Below are positions 36,429 through 47,146 of a stretch of 64,000 nt of DNA, piece after piece; positions within the stretch are counted from its first letter, which is position 1, and each line of letters opens with the position of its first letter. A program made the position numbers and the translations under genes. Origin of the DNA: an uncultured delta proteobacterium (GTDB lineage Bacteria > Desulfobacterota > GWC2-55-46); the NCBI GenBank assembly GCA_963727865.1, contig CAVSHY010000019.1, forward strand, positions 73,683 through 137,682, given 5' to 3'. The notes beneath the pieces were generated by a model. It saw nothing but the letters and a program-made list of their open reading frames with translations, had not been told where the DNA came from and made no database searches.

Positions 36429-37739
36429 CTAAAGGCCTCTACTCTTTATTTTTCCTTTTTTTAGAAGGCCATCATAACTTCTCGCGAGCAGATGAGACTC
36501 GATCTGCTGAGCGGTATCCATCGCGACCCCCACGACAATAAGAAGCGCGGTGCCCCCAAAATAGAAGGGCACGTTAAATTCAGAGACTAAAAAAGACGGC
36601 AGAACGCAGACAGCCGCAAGGTACAGGGCGCCCCAGAGCGTAAGCCTTGAAAGCACGGTATCAATATAATCGGCTGTGTTGGCTCCGGGCCTAATCCCCG
36701 GGATAAACCCGCCGTACTTTTTCAGGTTCTCCGCCACTTCCTTCGGATTAAACTGGATGGCGGTGTAAAAATAAGTGAAGAATATTATAAAGACGACGTA
36801 TAAAAGATTATAAAGTATCGCGCCTGGATGAAGGCTCTGGGCGATGGATTTAACCGCCGGTATATTTACAAAATTCGCGATTGTCGCGGGGAATACGATT
36901 ATCGAAGAAGCGAATATAGGCGGTATCACCCCAGCTGAATTAACCTTTAACGGCAGATGCTGTGTTCCGCCTCCGAGCACTTTTCTTCCGACAACCCTCT
37001 TGGGGTACTGTATCGGTATTTTTCTCTGCCCCGCTTCCATAAATACGATAAAGCCGACGACAACCACCATAAGGATAATAATAAGCAGGAGTACCAGAAA
37101 GTTCATCTCGCCCGCCCTAACAAGATGTATGGTATTATTTACGGCGGCGGGCATCCTTGCTATGATGCCGACAAATATTATGAGTGAGATCCCGTTACCT
37201 ATGCCTTTTTCAGTAATCTGCTCGCCGAGCCACATAAGGAACGTTGTCCCGGCTGTTAAGGTAATAACGGTCATGACCCTGAACCCCCAGCCCGATGAGA
37301 TAACGATAGGTTCGCCGGCGGGCCCTCTCATGCTCTCCAGTCCTATGGCTATCATCATGCCCTGAATAATGCTGAGGACGATTGTCAGATAGCGTGTGTA
37401 CTGTGTTATGGTATTTCTTCCCGACTCACCTTCCTTGGAAAGTTTCTCGAGCTGCGGCACTACCGAGGTAAGAAGCTGCAATATAATCGAGGCGCTTATG
37501 TACGGCATTATGCCGAGCGAGAAAACCGAAAAGTGCGAAAGCGCCCCCCCGGTAAACATCGCCGCGAAATCCAGCAGAGTGCCGCTCGCTCGCTTAAAAA
37601 AACCCGAAAGCGCTTCGGCGTCGATCCCTGGAGTAGGTATATAAACGCCAATTCTAAAGATGGCAAGAAGTATCAGCGTTAATATTATGCGGCGGTTTAA
37701 CTCTGGGATCTTGCTTATATTCGGTGTTAACGCCGCCAA
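36429..37739 (-). CDS. secY: Preprotein translocase subunit SecY
   Basis: 436 aa, 10 TM helices, SecY pattern. Located after rplO. Confidence 0.95.
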   Translation of the reverse strand: MAALTPNISKIPELNRRIILTLILLAIFRIGVYIPTPGIDAEALSGFFKRASGTLLDFAAMFTGGALSHFSVFSLGIMPYISASIILQLLTSVVPQLEKLSKEGESGRNTITQYTRYLTIVLSIIQGMMIAIGLESMRGPAGEPIVISSGWGFRVMTVITLTAGTTFLMWLGEQITEKGIGNGISLIIFVGIIARMPAAVNNTIHLVRAGEMNFLVLLLIIILMVVVVGFIVFMEAGQRKIPIQYPKRVVGRKVLGGGTQHLPLKVNSAGVIPPIFASSIIVFPATIANFVNIPAVKSIAQSLHPGAILYNLLYVVFIIFFTYFYTAIQFNPKEVAENLKKYGGFIPGIRPGANTADYIDTVLSRLTLWGALYLAAVCVLPSFLVSEFNVPFYFGGTALLIVVGVAMDTAQQIESHLLARSYDGLLKKGKIKSRGL

Positions 37740-38180
37740 TTAAATAACCTCCGCCGCTCCGCCAGCCGCCTTTATTTTATCCCCGGCCGATTTGCTGAAG
37801 ACACTCGCCTTTATTGTCAGTGGTATCTTTATATCCCCGTTTCCAAGTACCTTAACCGAACCCTTCCTGCCCTTTATGAGCCCCCTGACGCGCATGGTCT
37901 GCGGGTCGGCCGTCTCACCGGATTTAAACGCCCTGGCTATATCGCCTATGTTAGTGATCAGGTACTTTTCCCTGAAGATATTGGTAAACCCTCTTTTCGG
38001 GAGCCGTCTCTGAAGCGGCATCTGCCCGCCTTCGAAGCCAGGCTTGATATTCCCGCCGGTCCTTGCCGTCTGGCCTTTACCGCCCTTGCCGGAAGTCTTG
38101 CCGAGCCCGGAGCCTTCTCCGCGGCCAACCCTTGTTCTTTTCTTCGTAGACCCTTTAGGGGCCTTAAGTCTGTCTAACAT
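37740..38180 (-). CDS. rplO: 50S ribosomal protein L15
   Basis: 146 aa. RVGRGEGSGLGKTSGKGGKGQ. Confidence 0.95.
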   Translation of the reverse strand: MLDRLKAPKGSTKKRTRVGRGEGSGLGKTSGKGGKGQTARTGGNIKPGFEGGQMPLQRRLPKRGFTNIFREKYLITNIGDIARAFKSGETADPQTMRVRGLIKGRKGSVKVLGNGDIKIPLTIKASVFSKSAGDKIKAAGGAAEVI

Positions 38181-38274
38181 GGTTTATTGACCTTCTTCCT
38201 TAATGAACGCCTATTTATAAAATACGGAACTGAATCGATTCTTAACTCCGGCCTCATACGGCCCGGCTTAACGA

Positions 38275-38472
38275 TCAGGCCCCTTTGACTTCCTCTACGG
38301 TAACGAGATTGGCAACCTTTTTTATCATCCCTCTTATAGCGGGGGTATCGACGAGTATCCTGGGCCTATTTAATTTTTTGAGCCCCAGGCCGAGAAGGGT
38401 CTTTCTCTGCCTCTCATTATAGCCAATTCCGCTCTTTTTTTGAGTTACCTTTATATGTTTTTTTGCAGCCAT
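38275..38472 (-). CDS. rpmD: 50S ribosomal protein L30
   Basis: 65 aa. [25 protein letters not shown]. Confidence 0.9.
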   Translation of the reverse strand: MAAKKHIKVTQKKSGIGYNERQRKTLLGLGLKKLNRPRILVDTPAIRGMIKKVANLVTVEEVKGA

Positions 38473-38969
38473 TATCTTACCTCTTGGATCTGTTTGCCTC
38501 TGAGTTCCGCCACATTTTCAGGGCTCTTTAACTGCTTTAACGCGTCTATGGTCGCCTTGACAACGTTATGGGGGTTGCTTGTGCCGAGGGATTTCGTCAG
38601 GACATTGGTTATACCGGCGGCCTCGACTACCGCCCGTACGCCGCCGCCCGCTATTATTCCGGTGCCGGGCGAAGCCGGTCTTAAAAGCACTCTTCCGGCG
38701 CCAAACGACCCGGTTACCTCATAGGGTATCGTGCCCTCCGATACCGGGACCTGGAAAAGGGTCTTTTTTGCCTGCTCTATCGCCTTTCTGATCGCTTCCG
38801 GGACCTCGTTGGCCTTCCCCAGTCCTACCCCCACATGGCCCTTTCCGTCGCCGACTACGACTATGGCGTTAAAGCTGAATCTCTTTCCGCCCTTTACAAC
38901 CTTCGCAACCCTGTTAAGGTATACGAGCTTGTCCTTCAGTTCCAGAGCATTAGCGTCTATCTTCTCCAA
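38472..38969 (-). CDS. rpsE: 30S ribosomal protein S5
   Basis: [33 protein letters not shown]... Start set to the TTG at 38967-38969, which has AAGGAGG 5 nt upstream. The track's longer start at 38999 runs into the repeat spacer. Confidence 0.9.
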   Translation of the reverse strand: MEKIDANALELKDKLVYLNRVAKVVKGGKRFSFNAIVVVGDGKGHVGVGLGKANEVPEAIRKAIEQAKKTLFQVPVSEGTIPYEVTGSFGAGRVLLRPASPGTGIIAGGGVRAVVEAAGITNVLTKSLGTSNPHNVVKATIDALKQLKSPENVAELRGKQIQEVR

Positions 38970-39047
38970 AAAAGCCTCCTTAAATGAAACCGCCCTCAAA
39001 ATGAAACCGTCTTAAAAATGAAAAAAACCGCCTTCAAAGTAAAACCG

Positions 39048-39097
39048 CGCCCCCACCCCCACTAAAAAACCCAGCGCCCCCACCCAACTGCCCCCCC
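39048..39097. repeat. C-rich tract (G7/G3/G5/G3/G5/G5 on mRNA strand) in rplR-rpsE spacer
   Basis: Minus strand reads GCCGGGGGGGCAGTTGGGTGGGGGCGCTGGGTTTTTTAGTGGGGGTGGGGGCGCGG. Confidence 0.6.
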
Positions 39098-39115
39098 GGC
39101 TCATGCGATTTATTG

Positions 39116-39484
39116 TCAAAAATTAAGCCCCGCCGCTCTCGCGCCATCGGCGAGAGCCTTAACCCTGCCGTGATATAAATAACCGCTCCTGTCAAAGACG
39201 ACCTTGGAGACACCCTTTTCCTGGGCCAGTTTGGCTATAAGCCCGCCTACTCTTTTCGCGGCTTCCAATTTCTTTAAATCAGCCGCGCCTTTCGACAACT
39301 CTTTGGAATTGGTCGACGCGGCGGCAAGGATAGTCGCGGTTGTATCGTCAACTATCTGGGCGTATATGTGCTTATTGCTTCTGAAGACATTGAGCCTGGG
39401 CCTTTCGGCGGTTCCCCTTACCCTTTTCCTTACCCGCGCTTTCCTTCTTTCCCGGCCGCTTATATTTTTCGATATTCCGTCCAT
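39116..39484 (-). CDS. rplR: 50S ribosomal protein L18
   Basis: 122 aa. [20 protein letters not shown]...[16 protein letters not shown]. Confidence 0.95.
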   Translation of the reverse strand: MDGISKNISGRERRKARVRKRVRGTAERPRLNVFRSNKHIYAQIVDDTTATILAAASTNSKELSKGAADLKKLEAAKRVGGLIAKLAQEKGVSKVVFDRSGYLYHGRVKALADGARAAGLNF

Positions 39485-40039
39485 TTATTTCCCTCCGGCG
39501 GCGGCCTTGCCTGCCTTACCGGCCTTTCTCCTTATGACTTCATCAACATACTTGATGCCTTTGCCCTTGTACGGCTCTGGAGCGCGCAGCGCCCTTATGT
39601 CAGCGGCGACCTGACCTACTACCTGTTTGTCGGGGCCTTTTATGGTAACGAGCGTGGATTTCTCAACAGACGCCTTTATGCCCTTTGGCAGCGCGTATTT
39701 AACGGGGTGCGAGTAACCGAGAGCTAAATTCACCACATCACCCTGTACATCCGCCTTGTATCCTACGCCTATGATCTCGAGTTTTTTCTGGAAACCCTCG
39801 GCCACGCCTTTTACCATGTTCGCCACCAATGTCCTTGTAAGCCCATGGAGTGACCTCGATAGCCTGCTGTCGTCATTCCGTGTCACCAGAAGCTCGGAAT
39901 TCTTAATCTCCACCTTAACCTCTGACCTTAAGGGCAGCTCCAAAGAGCCCTGGGGACCCGCGACTTTCAGCGCCGTTCCGTCGAGAGCGGCTTTTACGCC
40001 GGCCGGAAGAGTTATTGGAAGTTTACCTATTCTTGACAT
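39485..40039 (-). CDS. rplF: 50S ribosomal protein L6
   Basis: 184 aa. MSRIGKLPITLPAGV. Confidence 0.95.
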   Translation of the reverse strand: MSRIGKLPITLPAGVKAALDGTALKVAGPQGSLELPLRSEVKVEIKNSELLVTRNDDSRLSRSLHGLTRTLVANMVKGVAEGFQKKLEIIGVGYKADVQGDVVNLALGYSHPVKYALPKGIKASVEKSTLVTIKGPDKQVVGQVAADIRALRAPEPYKGKGIKYVDEVIRRKAGKAGKAAAGGK

Positions 40040-40115
40040 CTCAAACCCTTTTCAATTTTTTTTGAGGTTTTATTTTGCGTCCGTACGTATCTATCCTTAA
40101 TAAATAACCGGTTTG

Positions 40116-40514
40116 TCAGTAAACCGTGCAGATGAGTTCTCCGCCCATGCCCTTTTCCCTTGCGGACCTGTCAGTCATCAAACCTTTCGAGGTTGAGACG
40201 ATCGCAATGCCCAAACCATTCAATACCCTCGGTATCTCATCCTTACCGACATAGATCCTGAGGCCGGGTTTACTTACCCTTTTAATATTGGCTATGGCGC
40301 TCTTTTTGGCGGCCCCGTATTTCAGTGTAATCTTAATGGCGCCGAATTTACCCGCTGTCACCTGTTTAAAATCCTTGATGTAGCCCTCTTCCTTGAGAAT
40401 ACTCGCTATCTGGAGCTTTAAGCTCGAGGTGGACACAGTCACCTCTGTTTGCCGAGCCTGTATCCCGTTCCTTACCCTTGTAAGCATATCCGCTATCGGA
40501 TCTGTCATCGACAT
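40116..40514 (-). CDS. rpsH: 30S ribosomal protein S8
   Basis: 132 aa. [13 protein letters not shown]. Confidence 0.95.
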   Translation of the reverse strand: MSMTDPIADMLTRVRNGIQARQTEVTVSTSSLKLQIASILKEEGYIKDFKQVTAGKFGAIKITLKYGAAKKSAIANIKRVSKPGLRIYVGKDEIPRVLNGLGIAIVSTSKGLMTDRSAREKGMGGELICTVY

Positions 40515-40582
40515 TTTTTATACTCCGTTTATCTCTATCGGTTTATTTAATTACCCGCGTATTAACGCTCTGCCAGGTTCTT

Positions 40583-40768
40583 CTACCAGCTTGATTTAAT
40601 GACGCCGGGAAGTTCGCCTTTTAAGGCCAGTCTACGAAAGCAGATTCTGCACATATCGAACTTCCTGTAATACGCCCTGGACCTGCCGCATATGGGGCAG
40701 CGGTTGTATTCCCTGACCTTAAACTTATTTTTCCTTTTGGCCTTTGCTATAAGCGACTTTTTAGCCAA
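40583..40768 (-). CDS. rpsN: 30S ribosomal protein S14, Zn-binding short (type Z) form
   Basis: 61 aa. [22 protein letters not shown]. Confidence 0.9.
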   Translation of the reverse strand: MAKKSLIAKAKRKNKFKVREYNRCPICGRSRAYYRKFDMCRICFRRLALKGELPGVIKSSW

Positions 40769-40801
40769 TTAACCCTCCGTATTTTAATCTCTTTTTTTGC
40801 C

Positions 40802-41344
40802 TTAACTTTTAAAAGGCATGCCCATATGCTTAAGAAGTGCCTTCGCCTCTTCGTCCGTGCCGGCTGTCGTGTTAATCGTTATATTAAGCCCTCTGATCTT
40901 GTCAATCTTATCATATTCGATCTCGGGGAATATGATCTGTTCCTTTATGCCGATAGTGTAATTGCCCCTGCCGTCGAATGACCTGTCTGACATGCCCTTA
41001 AAGTCCCTGATCCTCGGGATGCTGAAGTTCACGAAGCGGTCGAAAAATTCGTACATCTTAGGGCCCCTGAGGGTGACCATGCAGCCGATAGGCATGCCGG
41101 ACCTGAGCTTAAAGGTGGCGATCGACTTCTTGGCCCTTGTGACTACGGGCTTCTGCCCTGAAATAAGGGTCAGGTCGCGAGTTGCCGCATCCATCACCTT
41201 TATGTCTTTAACAGCTTCGCCCAGGCCGATATTAAGCACGATTTTATCGAGCCTCGGCGCCTGCATGACGTTTTTATAGTTGAACTCTTTCATGAGAACC
41301 GGGACTACTTCTTTATGGTATATCTCCTTGAGCCTTACCGTCAT
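40802..41344 (-). CDS. rplE: 50S ribosomal protein L5
   Basis: [21 protein letters not shown]... Start set to the ATG at 41344, which overlaps the restored rplX stop (ATGA). Confidence 0.95.
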   Translation of the reverse strand: MTVRLKEIYHKEVVPVLMKEFNYKNVMQAPRLDKIVLNIGLGEAVKDIKVMDAATRDLTLISGQKPVVTRAKKSIATFKLRSGMPIGCMVTLRGPKMYEFFDRFVNFSIPRIRDFKGMSDRSFDGRGNYTIGIKEQIIFPEIEYDKIDKIRGLNITINTTAGTDEEAKALLKHMGMPFKS

Positions 41345-41659
41345 TTGTCGAGCACCTCTCCGCACTTTTTGCAGTATCTTACCTTGTTCCCGTTATCAAG
41401 CAGCTTCTTTCCGACCCGTGACAGGCCCCTTGCACTTCCCGCATATGAGCATCAGATTGGTTATCGAGATCGGCGCCTCTTTTTCGATGATGCCGCCATG
41501 CTTGAATTTGGCGGACGGCTTTTGATGGCGCTTCACGACGTTCAGTTTCTCTACCATTGCGACGGCCTTATCCGGCACAACCTTGATTACCTTGCCGGTC
41601 TTACCTTTTTCCTTGCCGGATACGACCATTATCTGATCGTCTTTTTTAATCTTGAACAT
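41341..41659 (-). CDS. rplX: 50S ribosomal protein L24 (KOW domain plus C-terminal Cys pairs), frame broken by an indel
   Basis: The track ORF stops at ...[15 protein letters not shown]. Shifting frame near 41415-41421 gives ...[25 protein letters not shown], with a stop at 41341 overlapping the rplE start. Confidence 0.85.
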
Positions 41660-41730
41660 CGCTTGACCCTTTTATCTTTCGATTTAATTGGTTTAGTTTT
41701 TTTGTATTGTACGCCCGCAGAACAACCCTT

Positions 41731-42099
41731 TTAGAGGACCTCGGGCGCCAGGGATACTATCTTCATGAATTTGCGTGCCCTTAATTCCCTTGCCACTGGC
41801 CCGAATATCCTTGTGCCCACGGGCTCGTTATCCTTATTAATAATAACGACTGAATTTTCGTCAAACCTTATATAAGACCCATCGATGCGGCGTATCGCCT
41901 TTACGGTGCGCACAACGACGGCCCTTACCACGTCTCCCTTTTTAACCTTGGCGTCGTATATGGCTTCCTTCACGTTAGCTATTATCACGTCCCCGACATC
42001 GGCGAACAATTTATTGGACGCGCCGACGACCTTGATGCAGGAGACTTTTTTTGCGCCGGAGTTATCGGCAACACCCAGTATTGAACGGATCTGTATCAT
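41731..42099 (-). CDS. rplN: 50S ribosomal protein L14
   Basis: 122 aa. [18 protein letters not shown]. Confidence 0.95.
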   Translation of the reverse strand: MIQIRSILGVADNSGAKKVSCIKVVGASNKLFADVGDVIIANVKEAIYDAKVKKGDVVRAVVVRTVKAIRRIDGSYIRFDENSVVIINKDNEPVGTRIFGPVARELRARKFMKIVSLAPEVL

Positions 42100-42359
42100 T
42101 TCGCCTTCTCCAGTATTTCCTTAACCCGCCACCTTTTCAACCCGCTTACAGGACGAGTCTCGACTATCCTAACCTTGTCGCCTGCCGAGCACTCGTTTTT
42201 ATCATCATGCGCCATATATTTAACGCGTTTTTTCACGTACTTGCCGTAGAACGGATGCTTGGTCAGACTCTCTATGGACACTACCACGGTCTTATCCATC
42301 TTGCCGCCGCTCAAGACGCTGCCTATCATTGTTTTCCTTTTAGTCTTCGCTTCAGGCAT
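42096..42359 (-). CDS. rpsQ: 30S ribosomal protein S17
   Basis: 87 aa. [26 protein letters not shown]. Confidence 0.9.
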   Translation of the reverse strand: MPEAKTKRKTMIGSVLSGGKMDKTVVVSIESLTKHPFYGKYVKKRVKYMAHDDKNECSAGDKVRIVETRPVSGLKRWRVKEILEKAK

Positions 42360-42360
42360 C

Positions 42361-42558
42361 TTATTTCTTACCCCCTTCCTTCTCGGCGATTATGGTCTTT
42401 AACCGCGCCACATCTTTTCTTAAAATGCGGAGTTTAAGGGGGTTTTCAAGCTGATTGGCGGCGTGGCGCAAACGCAGGTTAAAAAGCTCCTTTGTAAGCT
42501 CCGCATCCTTTGTCCTCATTTCCTCGATGGACAGTTCCCTTATTTCAGCCGGTTTCAT
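42361..42558 (-). CDS. rpmC: 50S ribosomal protein L29
   Basis: 65 aa. [28 protein letters not shown]. Confidence 0.9.
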   Translation of the reverse strand: MKPAEIRELSIEEMRTKDAELTKELFNLRLRHAANQLENPLKLRILRKDVARLKTIIAEKEGGKK

Positions 42559-42968
42559 ATAATTTCCCTTTTAATAAACTTTGTGGGTATCGATACCTTG
42601 TGGGCCGCGAGCCTGAAGGCTTCCCTGGCTATCGCCTCGGTTACGCCCTCCATTTCATAGAGTATCCTTGCCGGTTTTATCACGGCTACCCAGTCCTCGG
42701 GGCTCCCTTTTCCGCTCCCCATCCTTGTCTCGGCCGGTTTCTTGGTGATGGGCTTATCAGGGAATATCCTTATCCAGATCTTTCCGCCCCTTTTGATATA
42801 GCGGGTCATCGCGATACGGGCCGCCTCAATCTCCCTTGTGGAAAGCCACCCGCACTCTGTAGCCTGAAGGCCGTAAGTGCCGAAGGCAAGGGTAGCGCCC
42901 CTCGTTGCCAGCCCCCTTCTTTTGCCTCTTTGCTGTTTCCTGAATTTTACCTTTTTCGGTATTAACAT
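42555..42968 (-). CDS. rplP: 50S ribosomal protein L16
   Basis: 137 aa. [16 protein letters not shown]. Confidence 0.95.
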   Translation of the reverse strand: MLIPKKVKFRKQQRGKRRGLATRGATLAFGTYGLQATECGWLSTREIEAARIAMTRYIKRGGKIWIRIFPDKPITKKPAETRMGSGKGSPEDWVAVIKPARILYEMEGVTEAIAREAFRLAAHKVSIPTKFIKREII

Positions 42969-42980
42969 TACTTCCCCTGT

Positions 42981-43658
42981 TTAAAGAGCGGCGCCGGACT
43001 TCGGAACCGCCCCTTCTTCAACAGCCTTTGGCTGAGCGATAACCTCGCCCTTGTATATGAAAACCTTAACCCCTATTATCCCGAAGGTCGTAAGCGACTC
43101 GGCCTGTCCGTAATCTATATCGGCCCTGAGCGTGTGAAGGGGCACCCTGCCCTCCCTGTACCATTCGGATCTCGCGATCTCAGCGCCTCCGAGCCTGCCG
43201 GCGCACATGATCTTTATGCCCTTTGCGCCCATCCGTAAAGACGTCGTTACGGCTTTTTTCATGGCTCTTCTGAAGGAAACCCTTCTTTCAAGCTGCAGGG
43301 CGACATTCTCGGCGACAAGCTGGGCGTCGAGATCAGGTTTCCTTACTTCCACTATCTCAAGGTCGACGTCTCTTCCGGTGAGCTTCGCGAGCTGTTTCTT
43401 CATCACGTCTATCTCGGCGCCTCTCTTGCCTATTACTATGCCGGGTCTCGCCGTACGTATGATGACCTTTACCGTATTAGCGGTCCTTTCGATCTCGATC
43501 CTGGAGATGCCGGCGTGGAAAAGCTTTTTTTTCACGAATTTCCTTATTTTGAGGTCTTCGTGAACAAATTCAGCGTAATTCTTCTCCCCGTACCACCGTG
43601 AATCCCAACCCCTTGATACGCCAAGCCTGAAACCTATCGGATGAACTTTCTGACCCAA
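42981..43658 (-). CDS. rpsC: 30S ribosomal protein S3
   Basis: 225 aa. [13 protein letters not shown]. Confidence 0.95.
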   Translation of the reverse strand: MGQKVHPIGFRLGVSRGWDSRWYGEKNYAEFVHEDLKIRKFVKKKLFHAGISRIEIERTANTVKVIIRTARPGIVIGKRGAEIDVMKKQLAKLTGRDVDLEIVEVRKPDLDAQLVAENVALQLERRVSFRRAMKKAVTTSLRMGAKGIKIMCAGRLGGAEIARSEWYREGRVPLHTLRADIDYGQAESLTTFGIIGVKVFIYKGEVIAQPKAVEEGAVPKSGAAL

Positions 43659-43783
43659 AAACTACCTCCATAAAATTTGATGTTTTTTAATAATTTCCGA
43701 ACGCCTTTTTTATTTTAAATTGTGAACCACCCTGCACCAGGAGCGCAGGGAGTTCTTGTCCGACTCTTAAATAATCCTGAAAG

Positions 43784-44116
43784 CTACTTTTCATCCAGGA
43801 CGACGGTAACGTGGCTCGACCTTTTCCTTATAAGAGCCCCTCTGCCCATCGCCTTTGCATGTGTCCTTTTGAGCACGGGGCCGGGGTCGACGTAAACACT
43901 TTTCACGTAGAGCTTATCCACATCGAGCTTCTTTGTGTTTTCAGCGTTGGCCACCGCGCTCTTTACGATCTTTACTATGTCGCGGCTTACCGCTTTTGTG
44001 TTGAACCTGAGTATGGTAAGGGCCTCATCGACCTTTTTACCCCTGATAAGGTCAACGACGAGGCGGGTCTTCTGCGGAGAAACCTTTAAATATTTTAAAA
44101 TCGCTTTCGCTTCCAT
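43784..44116 (-). CDS. rplV: 50S ribosomal protein L22
   Basis: 110 aa. LKVSPQKTRLVVDLIRGKKV. Confidence 0.95.
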   Translation of the reverse strand: MEAKAILKYLKVSPQKTRLVVDLIRGKKVDEALTILRFNTKAVSRDIVKIVKSAVANAENTKKLDVDKLYVKSVYVDPGPVLKRTHAKAMGRGALIRKRSSHVTVVLDEK

Positions 44117-44122
44117 ATTGTC

Positions 44123-44410
44123 TTATCCCTTCGGTCCCGGCAACTTCGCCTTTTTTATGCCTGAATGGCCGTGAAAAGTGCGTGTCGGAGAGAATTCGCC
44201 GAGCTTGTGACCTACCATGTTCTCAGTTATAAAAACCGGTATGAACTTCTTACCGTTATGCACCGCGATCGTAAAACCCACCATCTCAGGGGTAATCATC
44301 GACCTTCTCGACCAGGTCTTTACCACCTTCTTGGCCCTTGCGTCTCCGGCATTCTCGATCTTCTCAAGCAGATGACTGTCTACAAACGGTCCTTTTTTTA
44401 CGGAACGCAC
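44123..44410 (-). CDS. rpsS: 30S ribosomal protein S19
   Basis: 95 aa. [11 protein letters not shown]...[13 protein letters not shown]. Confidence 0.95.
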   Translation of the reverse strand: MRSVKKGPFVDSHLLEKIENAGDARAKKVVKTWSRRSMITPEMVGFTIAVHNGKKFIPVFITENMVGHKLGEFSPTRTFHGHSGIKKAKLPGPKG

Positions 44411-44412
44411 CG

Positions 44413-45234
44413 TTACTTCCTCCTGGTTATTATATACTTGCTCGTATCCTTGCGCCTTCTTGTCTTATATCCCTTTGTCGGCACGCCCCAGGGGTTTGTC
44501 GGATGATTGCCGCCCTTGCTTTTGCCTTCGCCGCCGCCGTGAGGATGGTCAACAGGATTCATCGCCACGCCCCTTACCTTGGGAAGCCTTCCGAGCCAGC
44601 GGCTCCTTCCGGCCTTGCCTACGGTGATATTCTCATGATCTATATTGCCGAGTTGTCCTATCGTCGCGTAACAATTCTGGAGTATATGCCTTACCTCGTT
44701 TGAGGGAAGCTTTACCGTGGCGTAATCGCCTTCCTTGGCCATAAGCTGAGCGAACCCTCCGGCGGTCCTTACGAGCTGGCCGCCCTTATTGATCTTCATC
44801 TCGATATTATGCACGAAGGTTCCCACGGGTATGGACCTCAAGGGCAGGGCGTTACCCGGTTTTATATCGATATCGGGCCCGGCCATGACCTTATCCCCAA
44901 CCTTTAGGTCAAGCGGCGCCAGTATATATCTTTTTTCACCGTCCGAATAGTTTAAGAGGGCGATATTAGCCGTGCGGTTCGGGTCATACTCGATAGCGGC
45001 GACGCTTGCCGGTATCCCGCGTTTATCCCTCCTGTAATCGATGACCCTGTAAAGCCTCTTGTGACCGCCCCCGATCCAGCGGACCGTTACCCTGCCGGCG
45101 TTATTCCTGCCCCCTGTCCGCTTATAAGGGCGGGTAAGAGACCTTTCCGGCTTCTTCTTCGCTATGCCTTCAAAAACAAGGGTCGTTTTCTCTCTTAAGG
45201 CGGGCGACGTTGGATTATATTTTTTTACTGGCAT
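44413..45234 (-). CDS. rplB: 50S ribosomal protein L2
   Basis: 273 aa. GGGHKRLYR...[12 protein letters not shown]. Confidence 0.95.
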   Translation of the reverse strand: MPVKKYNPTSPALREKTTLVFEGIAKKKPERSLTRPYKRTGGRNNAGRVTVRWIGGGHKRLYRVIDYRRDKRGIPASVAAIEYDPNRTANIALLNYSDGEKRYILAPLDLKVGDKVMAGPDIDIKPGNALPLRSIPVGTFVHNIEMKINKGGQLVRTAGGFAQLMAKEGDYATVKLPSNEVRHILQNCYATIGQLGNIDHENITVGKAGRSRWLGRLPKVRGVAMNPVDHPHGGGEGKSKGGNHPTNPWGVPTKGYKTRRRKDTSKYIITRRK

Positions 45235-45295
45235 ATAGGTATTCTCTTTTTCCTGATATTATGTTCTTTGATTTATCCGGCCCCTATCCACTTTC

Positions 45296-45378
45296 CCCGC
45301 TGTACACCCTTTTACCCCGCTGTACGGCCCTTTTACCCCGCTGTACGGCCCTTTTACCCCGCTGTACGGCCCTTTTAC
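45296..45378. repeat. Tandem repeat, 4 copies of a 20/21-nt unit (CCCGCTGTACGGCCCTTTTAC)
   Basis: Units at 45296-45315 (a 20-nt variant), 45316-45336, 45337-45357 and 45358-45378. The last three are identical. Located in the rplW-rplB spacer. Confidence 0.9.
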
Positions 45379-45385
45379 CTTTCAC

Positions 45386-45676
45386 TTAAACACCTTCGAA
45401 GATACCTATCTTGTCCCCTTCTTTAAGCGATACATAAGCCTTTTTCCTTGTCGGCCTTTTGCCCTCGTACTTGCCCATTCTCTTAATCTTGCCTGGCACC
45501 CTGTGGGTATTCACATTAAGGACCGTGACGTTAAATATTTTTTCAACAGCTTCTTTTATCTCATTCTTATTGGCGTTCAAATCAACCCAGAAGATCACCT
45601 GGTTGGCCTCGGCGAGCTTTGCCGTGCTTTTCTCGGTGATAACAGGGGATTTTATTATCGAGTAAAAGTTCTTCAT
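45386..45676 (-). CDS. rplW: 50S ribosomal protein L23
   Basis: 96 aa. IIKSPVITEKS... Confidence 0.9.
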   Translation of the reverse strand: MKNFYSIIKSPVITEKSTAKLAEANQVIFWVDLNANKNEIKEAVEKIFNVTVLNVNTHRVPGKIKRMGKYEGKRPTRKKAYVSLKEGDKIGIFEGV

Positions 45677-46290
45677 TGAATGATAGCCTCGACTTTCTCA
45701 AGGGCGCTCTTTGTAATGACAAGATTATCGTAATTCAAGAGATCATACACGTTAATGCCGCGCGCGTTGATGACCTTGTAATCCTTGAGGTTCCTGACGG
45801 CAAGATCAAGGTTACGGTTCTCCCCGTCGATAACTATAAGGGCGTTAGAGAGGTCTGACTTTTTAAGCATCTCGAGCGCGAGCTTGCTTTTGGGCTCTTT
45901 AAGCTCGATCGAATCAAATATTTTTAACATCCCGTCCCTGAGCTTCAGTCTCAGAGCCGACTTAAGCGCGTCTTTTACGACCCTTTTCGGGACATTGTAC
46001 GAATAATCCCTGGGCTTCGGCCCGAATACCGTGCCGCCGTGCCTCCAGAGCGGGGACCTTATCGAGCCCGACCTTGCCCTCCCGGTGCCCTTCTGCTTCC
46101 AGGGCTTCACGCCGCCGCCGCTTACAAAGGCCCTTGTCTTCGTGGACGCCGTGCCGGCCCTGCGGTTGGCAAGCTGCATCTTTACCACTTCGTAAAAGAG
46201 ATGCTCCTTTACCTCTCCGGAATATATATTTTCGTTAAGCTCGAGCTGAGAGACCATGTTGCCGTTTTTATCCAGAACATCCACTATCAT
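45673..46290 (-). CDS. rplD: 50S ribosomal protein L4
   Basis: 205 aa. KPWKQKGTGRARSGSIRSPLWRHGG. Confidence 0.95.
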   Translation of the reverse strand: MIVDVLDKNGNMVSQLELNENIYSGEVKEHLFYEVVKMQLANRRAGTASTKTRAFVSGGGVKPWKQKGTGRARSGSIRSPLWRHGGTVFGPKPRDYSYNVPKRVVKDALKSALRLKLRDGMLKIFDSIELKEPKSKLALEMLKKSDLSNALIVIDGENRNLDLAVRNLKDYKVINARGINVYDLLNYDNLVITKSALEKVEAIIQ

Positions 46291-46400
46291 TTATCTAATC
46301 CTCTGTAATTTTCGCAAACTTTTAATATATCAAACTCCCCGGATAATTCTCAACCTTTTAAATCTTATCGCGCCTTATCTTCCTGAGATCCGCGAGGTTT

Positions 46401-47051
46401 TTAACTCTTTGCCATGGCCTTCTTTTTCAGGGCCTTATTGATGACCACATAACTATTCACAGGACCCGGCACCGCGCCGTTCACGAGAATGATATTCTCT
46501 TCCGCCTTTACCGCGATAACCAACAGGTTCTGTACGGTTATTTTCCTATCGCCCATGTGCCCCGCCATCCTCATGCCCTTATAGACCCTTGAAGGGTCGG
46601 AGCTTGAGCCGATAGACCCGGGGGCCCTGTTGTGCATCGAGCCGTGTGATCCTCCCCCGCCGCTGAAGTGCCATCTCCTCATGGAACCCTGAAAACCCTT
46701 GCCTTTGGATTTGCCGTAGACATCGACAAAATCGCCTGCCTTGAAGATCTCCCCGCAGTTTATGACCTGCCCAGGTTTATAGGAATCGAGCCCTTCGCCC
46801 TTTACTTCCGATAGTTTATAAAGGCCGGGGGCGCCGGATTTGGAAAAATGATTTTTCATCGGCTTATTGAGCCGGCTCTCTTTCTTCACTCCGATCCCGA
46901 GCTGCAGGGCCTCGTAGCCGTCGCGCTCTTTGGTCTTTTTCTGAACGACATAGCACGAGTCGGTCTTTATAACGGTTACCGGTATCTGCGCTCCGTCATC
47001 AGAGTATATATGGGTCATGCCAACTTTTTTTCCAAGAATTCCGTTTATCAT
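46401..47051 (-). CDS. rplC: 50S ribosomal protein L3
   Basis: 216 aa. GILGKKVGMTHIY...GKGFQG. Confidence 0.95.
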   Translation of the reverse strand: MINGILGKKVGMTHIYSDDGAQIPVTVIKTDSCYVVQKKTKERDGYEALQLGIGVKKESRLNKPMKNHFSKSGAPGLYKLSEVKGEGLDSYKPGQVINCGEIFKAGDFVDVYGKSKGKGFQGSMRRWHFSGGGGSHGSMHNRAPGSIGSSSDPSRVYKGMRMAGHMGDRKITVQNLLVIAVKAEENIILVNGAVPGPVNSYVVINKALKKKAMAKS

Positions 47052-47146
47052 CTTTTTGCCTTTTTTTAAAGAGCCCTGTCCTCTTCTCTCCGTCGCGTAA
47101 GTTACGCGCCGCTTTCACCTACCGGGCTTTCAAAGAAGAGAATCGT

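Noticed and set aside
45296-45378. Possible CRISPR array.
   Set aside because: The repeats are directly adjacent with no spacers, are only 21 nt long with 4 copies, have no cas genes nearby, and lie inside the S10 operon.
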